Shown piece after piece: positions 10,785 through 18,076 of a stretch of DNA of 32,000 nt. Within the stretch, counting starts at the first letter, position 1. Each line of letters opens with the position of its first letter. The notes beneath the pieces were generated by a model. It was not told the origin of the DNA. It was given only the letters and a program-made list of their open reading frames with translations, and did not search any database. The DNA comes from Myxococcota bacterium (GTDB lineage: Bacteria > Myxococcota_A > Polyangia > Polyangiales > Sandaracinaceae), in contig JAYZQJ010000191.1 in NCBI GenBank assembly GCA_036149055.1, positions 11,716-43,715 of the forward strand, given 5' to 3'. The translations under genes and the position numbers were made by a program.

Positions 10785-13700
10785 ATGAACCGCAGCAGCT
10801 ACGACGTCGTCGTCGTCGGAGCCGGGCCCGCCGGGTGCGGCGCCGCGCTCGCTCACGCCCGCCGGGGCGCCTCCGTGCTCGTGGTCGAGGCCGACCCTCG
10901 CGCCGCGAAGCGCTTCGCCGGCGAGTGGCTCCACCCCACCGGCGTCGCCGTGCTCGACGCGCTCCGGGTCGGCCGCCTCGAGCAGGCGAGGGCCCGCGCG
11001 GGCTACGGCTTCGTCATCTTCCCCGACGACGGCAGCGAGCCGATCGAGATGGCCTACACCGAGGGCGTCGCGCTGAGCGCCGAGCACCACGCGATCGTCG
11101 AGGCGATGCGCGACGCGCTCCGGGCCGAGGACCGGGTGGAGCTGCTCATCGGAGGCCGCGCGGTGCGGGTCGCCGACGGCGTCATCCGGATCGAGGACAA
11201 GAAGAGCGGCCGCGCGACCGACGTGCGCGCCGGACGGATCATCGGCGCCGACGGCCGCAAGTCGACGGTGCGCGAGAGCCTCGGCGTCCCGACCCAGAAG
11301 AGCGCGCCGCTGAGCTACATGGCCTCGGTCGAGCTGCGCGACGTGGAGCTGCCCTTCGAGGGCTTCGGTCACCTCGTCCTCGGCGGACCCGGCCCGGCGC
11401 TCTTCTACCGCATCGGCGACGGGCTCATCCGCGGCTGCCTCGACGTGCCGATCGCGCTCGGCCCGAACGCGCGCTCGCTCGAGGCGCTCTGGGACGGCTT
11501 CGGCCCGGTGATGCCGGAGTCGATGCGCCCCGCGCTCCGCGCCGCCCTCGAGCGCGGCCCGAGCGGCTGGGCGATCAACCAGTTCCGCCCCCGCGCGCTC
11601 TTCGGCGCCGGCGACGTGCGGCTGGTCGGCGACGCGGTCGGCCACGTGCACCCGATGACGGCCACCGGCATGACGCTCGGCCTGCTCGACGCCAAGGCCC
11701 TCGCCGAGAGCGACAGCCTGGAGTCCTACGCCAAGGCGCGCCGGAGCTACGTGCCGGAGCTGCTGTCGAACGCGCTCTACCACTGCTTCCGCCGTGACGA
11801 CCCGAGCGCGACCGCGATCCGCCGCGCGATGTTCGAGACGCTCCGCAAGGAGCCCCGCGAGCGCCGCCGCACGATGGACATCCTCGCCGGCACCGATCAG
11901 AGCCGGCGCAGCTTCGGCTCGGCCTTCCTCCGCATCGCCGCCCGCGCGGTCGGCGGCTCCCTCGAGAGCGAGCGCCCGCTGTCGCGCCTCATGAGCTTCG
12001 GCGAGTGGATGCAGTGGCCCGCCGCGCTGGTGGTGCCGAGCGGCCTCGACGCGAGCGTGCGCGCCCAGAGCAGCACGACGCACCCGATCCCGCAGCTGGC
12101 CAAGCTCACGCCGACCGCGGCCCCCGTGGCCCCGCCCGAGACGCCCGGCGGGAAGGCGCCGGCGCTCGACGTGCCGCTCACCCCGGCCCTCGAGCGCGGC
12201 ACCGCGGCGCTCCTCCGGGAGCTCGAGCGGCTCGCGATGCAGTTCGGCGAGGTGCCCGACGCGACCCTGGCCGGCCCGGCGCTCTCCTGCATCCGCGCGA
12301 TCACCGCGACCCGGATGCGCCTCGGCATGGCCGCGCGCATGACGCTCGGGCGTCGCCGCCTCGCCACCGAGGGCTTCCCCCGCCTCCTCGACGCCGAGCC
12401 GCACGCGCGGCACCTGGCGGAGCTCTGCCTGGTGCTCCTCGACGGCGCGCCGTGGGACGAGCAGCCGATCGCGAGCCTCGACGAGGGCGTGCGCGCGCTG
12501 CTCGACTGCCAGACCGAGAGCGGCGGCTTCGCGCGCTCCCGGGGCGTCGCCTCCTCGCCCGGCGCGGCCGGAGAGCTCGAGCTGACCGCGCTCGCGTGTC
12601 GGGCGCTCGAGGTGGTCGCGCGCAAGGGCAAGAGCGACGCCGACCTCGGCCGCGCGCTCGAGCGGGCCGCCGACTGGGTCGTCTCGCTGCAGGGCGACGA
12701 CGGCGACTTCGGCGGCGACGTCTCGCGCACCGCCTGGGCGATCGAGGCCCTCATCGCGGCCGGCGTGCACCCCGGCGATCCGGCGGCGCGTCGCGCGGTC
12801 CGCTGGCTCTCGGTGGCGCTCGACCCGAGCGGCGATCCGGTCGAGGCGGCGCGCGCCGTCCGGGCGCTCCTCGCCGCCGGCGTCTCCTCCAACGAGGCGA
12901 TCGTCTCCGCGGCCCGCGGCCTCGCGTCGCTCGAGGAGACCGACTGGCGCGTGGCGCGCGAGGTGGTCGAGGCGCTCGCCGCCTGTGAGGTCCGCCGGGC
13001 CGAGCGGCCGCAGAAGCGCGCCCGTCGCCGCAAGCGCGGCAGCGACAAGTCGCCGATCGGGCCCGAGCTGAAGGCGGACTGGAAGTTCTGCCGCCAGGCG
13101 CTCGGCGAGGTCTCGCGCACCTTCGCGCGGCCGATCGAGATGCTCCCGCCGAAGCTCGAGGTCGCCGTCTCGCTCGGCTACCTCCTCTGCCGCATCGCCG
13201 ACACCGTCGAGGACCACGTCGCGGTGCCCTTCGAGGTGAAGGACGATCTGTTCGCGAAGCTCTGCGCGGTGCTCGAGCACGGCGCGGATCCGGCGCCCTT
13301 CGCCGAGGCGTTCACCCACATCGAGGGCGACGACGCGGAGCTGTCCCTGGCCCGCGAGCTGCCGCGCGTGATGCGGGTCTACGACGCGCAGGACGAGGCG
13401 ACGAAGAAGGCGTGCACGCGCTGGGTCACCGAGATGGCCCGCGGCATGAGCCTCTACACGCACCGCAAGCCCGAGGCCGACGGCGTCGCGGCGCTGCACA
13501 CGATCCCGGACCTCGAGCGCTACTGCTACTACGTGGCGGGCACGGTCGGGCACCTCCTGACCGACCTCTTCGTCGACGCGATCGGCGAGGACCCCGAGGG
13601 CGCGCTCGCGATCGCGATGCGGGACCACGCGGAGGGCTTCGCGACCGGCCTGCAGCTCACGAACATCCTGAAGGACGTGACCGACGACCTCGCGCGCGGG

Positions 13701-14105
13701 GTCTCGTTCATCCCGCGCACCGAGTGCGCGCGGCAGGGCTTCTCGGTCGCCGATCTCGCCGACCCGAAGGTGCGCGACCGGGCCCACGCCGCCGTCTCGC
13801 CGGTCTTCGACATCGCCAAGGAGCGGCTCGACGCGGCGCTCGAGTACTCGCTGCTCATCCCGTCCGAGCACCGCCAGATCCGGCTCTTCTGCCTGCTGCC
13901 GCTCTGGATGGCCGGCCGCACCCTGGCGCTCGGCCGCGGCAACGACGCGATGTTCGAGCCCGACCTGCCGGTCAAGATCACCCGGAGCGAGGTCGAGTCG
14001 CTGATCGCCGAGTGCATGACGCTCGCCGAGGACGACGACGCGCTGCGCGCTCGCTACGCGCGCCTGTTCGAGCCGGCCCAGGGCCAGCGGCGGGAGATGC
14101 GATGA
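10785..14105 (+). CDS. Three-domain fusion: squalene monooxygenase (aa 1-420) + terpene-cyclase/prenyltransferase-type alpha-helical repeat domain (aa 465-735) + squalene synthase (farnesyl-diphosphate farnesyltransferase, aa 760-1106)
   Basis: This is the real part of track ORF 7392-14105, starting at ATG 10785 with an SD. SQMO motifs: VVVVGAGPAGC, GEWLHPTG, GADGRKSTVRE, LVGDAVGHVHPMTATGMT. Middle-domain repeats: LLDCQTESGGF and WVVSLQGDDGDFGG. SQS motifs: VSRTFARPI, YLLCRIADTVED (first Asp-rich), YCYYVAGTVGHLL, GLQLTNILKDVTDDLARGVSFIP (second Asp-rich). Confidence 0.92.
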   Translation: MNRSSYDVVVVGAGPAGCGAALAHARRGASVLVVEADPRAAKRFAGEWLHPTGVAVLDALRVGRLEQARARAGYGFVIFPDDGSEPIEMAYTEGVALSAEHHAIVEAMRDALRAEDRVELLIGGRAVRVADGVIRIEDKKSGRATDVRAGRIIGADGRKSTVRESLGVPTQKSAPLSYMASVELRDVELPFEGFGHLVLGGPGPALFYRIGDGLIRGCLDVPIALGPNARSLEALWDGFGPVMPESMRPALRAALERGPSGWAINQFRPRALFGAGDVRLVGDAVGHVHPMTATGMTLGLLDAKALAESDSLESYAKARRSYVPELLSNALYHCFRRDDPSATAIRRAMFETLRKEPRERRRTMDILAGTDQSRRSFGSAFLRIAARAVGGSLESERPLSRLMSFGEWMQWPAALVVPSGLDASVRAQSSTTHPIPQLAKLTPTAAPVAPPETPGGKAPALDVPLTPALERGTAALLRELERLAMQFGEVPDATLAGPALSCIRAITATRMRLGMAARMTLGRRRLATEGFPRLLDAEPHARHLAELCLVLLDGAPWDEQPIASLDEGVRALLDCQTESGGFARSRGVASSPGAAGELELTALACRALEVVARKGKSDADLGRALERAADWVVSLQGDDGDFGGDVSRTAWAIEALIAAGVHPGDPAARRAVRWLSVALDPSGDPVEAARAVRALLAAGVSSNEAIVSAARGLASLEETDWRVAREVVEALAACEVRRAERPQKRARRRKRGSDKSPIGPELKADWKFCRQALGEVSRTFARPIEMLPPKLEVAVSLGYLLCRIADTVEDHVAVPFEVKDDLFAKLCAVLEHGADPAPFAEAFTHIEGDDAELSLARELPRVMRVYDAQDEATKKACTRWVTEMARGMSLYTHRKPEADGVAALHTIPDLERYCYYVAGTVGHLLTDLFVDAIGEDPEGALAIAMRDHAEGFATGLQLTNILKDVTDDLARGVSFIPRTECARQGFSVADLADPKVRDRAHAAVSPVFDIAKERLDAALEYSLLIPSEHRQIRLFCLLPLWMAGRTLALGRGNDAMFEPDLPVKITRSEVESLIAECMTLAEDDDALRARYARLFEPAQGQRREMR

Positions 14106-14809
14106 TGGGCTTCGAGCTTCCGATGATGGACAACCTCTGGTTCCACGTCGCGATCGGCATCACGCTCTTCGTCGACGCGGTCCTCCTGGTGTTCCTCAGC
14201 TGGGCCTACCGCTCGCCGCGCTTCGCGAAGTACCACATTCGCAAGCCGATGGAGATGCGGGTCAGCAAGTCGAATTACCGCTGGACGGTGGGCGTCATCG
14301 GCCTGCTGTCGAGCAGCTCGACGGTGGTGCTCATCTACGGGCTCGCCCCGCTGACCATCAGCGAGACGACGACCACGCCCTGGTGGCTCATCGCGCTGCA
14401 GTTCTTCGGCGTGCTCTTCGTCTACGACTTCGCCTACTACTTCATGCATCGGACGATGCATCACCGGAAGCTCATGCCGCTGGTGCACGAGATCCATCAC
14501 CGCGTCCGCGTGCCGAGCGCGCTCGAGAGCCTCTACCTCTCGCCGGTCGAGATGCTCGCGGGCCTGCTGCTGCTGATGGCGGTGACGTGGGCGCTCGGCC
14601 CGGTGCACTGGATCGCCTTCGTGGCGGTCTTCTTCCTCTACTCGACGCTGCACATCGTCATCCACTCGGGGATGACCTTCCCGCACCCGGTCTTCCGCGT
14701 GATGAACCACCTCACGATGAAGCACCACAAGCACCACCTGAACAAGCACGGTCACAACTTCGCGTCCGTGACCCCGCTGCCGGACATCGTGTTCGGCACC
14801 TCTGTCTGA
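14102..14809 (+). CDS. Fatty acid hydroxylase superfamily membrane di-iron enzyme (sterol desaturase / C-4 methyl oxidase family, ERG3/ERG25-like)
   Basis: The 235-aa product has about 4 TM segments. His boxes are HRTMHH, HEIHHR and HHKHHLNKHGH. Its ATG overlaps the previous stop (ATGA at 14102-14105). Confidence 0.88.
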   Translation: MMGFELPMMDNLWFHVAIGITLFVDAVLLVFLSWAYRSPRFAKYHIRKPMEMRVSKSNYRWTVGVIGLLSSSSTVVLIYGLAPLTISETTTTPWWLIALQFFGVLFVYDFAYYFMHRTMHHRKLMPLVHEIHHRVRVPSALESLYLSPVEMLAGLLLLMAVTWALGPVHWIAFVAVFFLYSTLHIVIHSGMTFPHPVFRVMNHLTMKHHKHHLNKHGHNFASVTPLPDIVFGTSV

Positions 14810-14816
14810 GGCAGTC

Positions 14817-16487
14817 ATGTTCCTTCGCAGACCCGAAGTCCCGGAAGGGCTCAAGCCCGCGCCGGAGCTGTCCGGCGGGCTCCCGCTCGTCGGTCACACC
14901 GTCGAGTTCGTGCGCGACACGATCGGCATGCTCGAGCGCGCCCACCACGAGCTCGGCGAGGTCGCCGCGGTGCGCGTCGCCGGCCGCCGCATGGTCGCCC
15001 TCTTCGGCCCCGAGGCCCACGAGGCGGTCTTCCGCGCGAAGGACCAGGTCCTCGACCCGCGCGAGGCCTACAAGATCATGACCCCCGTCTTCGGCGAGGG
15101 CATGGTCTACGACGCCTCGCCCGAGAAGATGAACGAGCAGTTCAAGATGCTGCTCCCGGCGCTCAAGGACCGCCGCATGCGCACCTACGGGGAGACCATC
15201 CTCGACGAGGTCGAGCGCAGCGTCGCGGACTGGGGGGACGAGGGCGAGATCGACATCGTCGACTACTGCCGCGTCCTGACGAACTTCACCTCCTCGCGCT
15301 GCCTCATCGGCGAGGAGTTCCGCGAGCGCATGACCGACGAGTTCGCGCGCATCTACCACGACCTCGAGCGCGGCGTGACGCCCCTCGCCTACATCGACGC
15401 GAACCTCCCGATCCCGAGCTTCAAGAAGCGGGACGCGGCCCGGGTCCGGCTCGTGAAGCTGATCGGCGCGATCATCGACGAGCGCGCCCGGACCGGCCGG
15501 ACCGGTGAGGACTTCCTCCAGACCCTGATGGAGGCCCGCTACCAGGACGGCGCGGCGCTCACCCACGACGAGATCACCGGGATGCTGCTCGCGGCGATGT
15601 TCGCCGGGCACCACACCAGCTCGGTCACCACCGCGTGGGCCCTCATCGAGCTCTGCAAGAACCCCGCGTACATGCGGCGCGTGGTCGCGGAGCTCGACGA
15701 GACCTACGGCGAGAGCGGCCAGACCGACTACCAGTCGCTCCGCAACATCCCGGTCACCGAGCACGCGGTGAAGGAGACCCTGCGGCTCTACCCGCCGCTC
15801 TTCCTGCTCATCCGGGTGGTGCAGAAGGACTGGACCTTCAAGGGGCACCACCTGCCGAAGGGCACCTGGATCCTCGTGTCACCGACCGTCTCGCAGCGCG
15901 ACCGCGAGGTCTTCACCCACCCTTACACCTTCGACCCCGACCGCTTCGCCGAGCCGCGCAACGAGGGCAAGAAGGACTGGGCGTTCATCGCCTTCGGCGG
16001 CGGCCGCCACAAGTGCCTGGGCAACGCGTTCGCGCTCCTCCAGGTCAAGGCGATCCTCGGCACGCTCCTGCGGCGCTACGAGTTCGAGCTGGTCGACCCG
16101 AAGGTGAAGCCGGACTTCCACGGCCTCGTCATCGGCCCCTCCGAGCCCTGCCGGCTGCGCTACCGCCGCCGCGAGGAGAAGGTCGCCGCCCGCCCGGCCC
16201 CGAAGGTCGAGGAGGCGCCGAAGCCGGCGCCGAAGAAGAAGGAGGAGCGAGTCCAGCTCCGGATCGCGCTCGACCTCGATCTCTGCCAGGGCCACGCGGT
16301 CTGCGTGAACGAGGCGCCGGGCGTCTTCTACGTCTCGGACGAGACCGGCAAGGTCGCCCTCCACACCGATCGCCCCGACCCGAGCCAGAACGACGCCGTG
16401 CGCGCCGCGGCCGACTACTGCCCGCAGCGCGTCATCCAGGTCCACGAAGAAGACGAAGCGCCCCTCACCTGCCCCGTGGCGCACTGA
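14817..16487 (+). CDS. cyp51: Sterol 14alpha-demethylase (CYP51) fused to a C-terminal 3Fe-4S-type ferredoxin domain
   Basis: CYP51 signatures present: YKIMTPVFGEGMVYDA (B' helix), MFAGHHTSS (helix I), ETLRLYPP, and heme loop FGGGRHKCLGNAF (Cys codon 16014-16016). It is very similar by eye to M. tuberculosis CYP51. A Lys/Pro/Ala linker (16164-16250) precedes the ferredoxin domain (16251-16484), which carries CQGHAVC...CP (CxxHxxC...CP). Confidence 0.95.
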   Translation: MFLRRPEVPEGLKPAPELSGGLPLVGHTVEFVRDTIGMLERAHHELGEVAAVRVAGRRMVALFGPEAHEAVFRAKDQVLDPREAYKIMTPVFGEGMVYDASPEKMNEQFKMLLPALKDRRMRTYGETILDEVERSVADWGDEGEIDIVDYCRVLTNFTSSRCLIGEEFRERMTDEFARIYHDLERGVTPLAYIDANLPIPSFKKRDAARVRLVKLIGAIIDERARTGRTGEDFLQTLMEARYQDGAALTHDEITGMLLAAMFAGHHTSSVTTAWALIELCKNPAYMRRVVAELDETYGESGQTDYQSLRNIPVTEHAVKETLRLYPPLFLLIRVVQKDWTFKGHHLPKGTWILVSPTVSQRDREVFTHPYTFDPDRFAEPRNEGKKDWAFIAFGGGRHKCLGNAFALLQVKAILGTLLRRYEFELVDPKVKPDFHGLVIGPSEPCRLRYRRREEKVAARPAPKVEEAPKPAPKKKEERVQLRIALDLDLCQGHAVCVNEAPGVFYVSDETGKVALHTDRPDPSQNDAVRAAADYCPQRVIQVHEEDEAPLTCPVAH

Positions 16488-16501
16488 AGAGAGAGCAGCA
16501 C

Positions 16502-18076
16502 ATGCAGAACGTCGCCATCGAGCTCGAGAGCACCCCCGAGGTCATCGACTGCCGCGAGCCGGCCACCCACGCGCCCCTCGGCAAGGTGCCGGTGGACGGG
16601 CCGGACGTGGTCCGCGCCAAGGTCGCGCGGGCGCGCGTCGCGCAGAAGAGCTGGGGGGAGAGCACCTTCTCGGAGCGCCGCCGCCTCCTCAAGACCATCC
16701 TCGCCCACGTGCTCGACCACGCGGACGAGCTCTGCGAGGTCGTGGTCCGCGACGCCGGCAAGACCCGCGAGAACGCGGTGATGGGCGAGATCTGGCCGGT
16801 CTGCGAGAAGCTCCGCTGGACGATCGCGAACGGCGAGAAGCACCTCCGCCCCGAGCGCATGTCGAGCGGCCTGTTCCTGCACAAGAAGGCCACCGTCCTC
16901 TACCAGCCGCTCGGCGTCATCGGCGTGATCTGCCCGTGGAACTACCCGCTGCAGAACGTGCTCGGGCCGACCATCCCGGCGCTCTTCGCGGGCAACGCGG
17001 TGGTGGTGAAGGTCTCCGAGCAGGTCGCGTGGTCGTCGGCGCGCATGCAGCGCATCTTCGACGAGGCGTTCGACGCGCTCGGCTACCCGAAGGACACCGT
17101 GCAGATCGTCAACGGCTACGGCGAGACCGGCGCCGCGCTGGTCCGCTCGGGCGTCGACAAGGTGATCTTCACCGGCTCGGTCCCGAACGGCCGGAGGATC
17201 ATCGAGGGCAGCGTCGAGAACATCACGCCCGTCATCCTCGAGCTCGGCGGCAAGGACGCGTTCATCGTCTGCGAGGACGCCCACATGGAGCAGGCGGTGC
17301 ACGCCGCGCTCACCGGCGTGTTCATCGCGGCCGGCCAGAACTGCATGGCCGCCGAGCGCGTGCTCGTGCACGCGAAGGTCTACGACGACTTCGTCGGCCG
17401 CCTCGTGAGCGAGGTGAAGAAGCTCCGCGTGGGCGACGCGCCGCAGGGCGCGGTCGACGTGGGCGCGCTCGTCTCGCCGCAGCAGGTCGAGATCGTCGAG
17501 CGGCTCGTGAACGACGCGGTCGAGAGCGGCGCGCGGGTCCTCGTCGGCGGCAAGCGCGGCGATCGCCCGGGCCAGTTCTTCGAGCCCACCGTGCTCGTCG
17601 ACGTCACCCCGGACATGGCGATCATGAACGAGGAGGTCTTCGGCCCGGTGATGTGCGTGCACCGCTACGAGACCGACGACGAGGCGATCGAGATCGCCAA
17701 CGGCACCCGCTTCGGCCTCGGCTCCACCGTGATGAGCCGCTCGGGCACGCGCGCCCGCCGCCTCGCCGAGCGCCTCCGCGTCGGCTCCTGCACCATCAAC
17801 GACTTCGGCTTCACCTACATGGCGCAGGACCTGCCCTTCGGCGGCGTGGACGCCAGCGGCTTCGGTCGGCTCAACGGCCGCGAGGGCCTGCGAGGCTGCA
17901 CCAACCAGAAGGCCATCCTCGAGGATCGGCTGCCGCTGCACATGCCGGCCAAGCTCTACCCGGTGAAGCCCGAGGTCTACCCGCTCGTGCGCGGGGTGCT
18001 CCGGACGCTCTACCAGCCGACCCTGACCGGCCGCGCCAAGGCGGTGGTCGAGCTCGCCAAGAACCTCCGCCGATGA
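16502..18076 (+). CDS. Aldehyde dehydrogenase family protein
   Basis: This is the real part of track ORF 15635-18076, starting at ATG 16502. ALDH motifs present: CPWNYP, FTGS, ELGGKD (catalytic Glu), GQNCMAAER (catalytic Cys), EEVFGPV. It has a C-terminal extension of about 50 aa. Confidence 0.9.
   Translation: MQNVAIELESTPEVIDCREPATHAPLGKVPVDGPDVVRAKVARARVAQKSWGESTFSERRRLLKTILAHVLDHADELCEVVVRDAGKTRENAVMGEIWPVCEKLRWTIANGEKHLRPERMSSGLFLHKKATVLYQPLGVIGVICPWNYPLQNVLGPTIPALFAGNAVVVKVSEQVAWSSARMQRIFDEAFDALGYPKDTVQIVNGYGETGAALVRSGVDKVIFTGSVPNGRRIIEGSVENITPVILELGGKDAFIVCEDAHMEQAVHAALTGVFIAAGQNCMAAERVLVHAKVYDDFVGRLVSEVKKLRVGDAPQGAVDVGALVSPQQVEIVERLVNDAVESGARVLVGGKRGDRPGQFFEPTVLVDVTPDMAIMNEEVFGPVMCVHRYETDDEAIEIANGTRFGLGSTVMSRSGTRARRLAERLRVGSCTINDFGFTYMAQDLPFGGVDASGFGRLNGREGLRGCTNQKAILEDRLPLHMPAKLYPVKPEVYPLVRGVLRTLYQPTLTGRAKAVVELAKNLRR

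Noticed and set aside
14102-14809. The slightly lower G+C of the FAH-family gene as a sign of recent horizontal acquisition.
   Set aside because: Third-codon positions are still almost all G/C. The dip comes from hydrophobic and His-rich amino-acid composition, not foreign codon usage.
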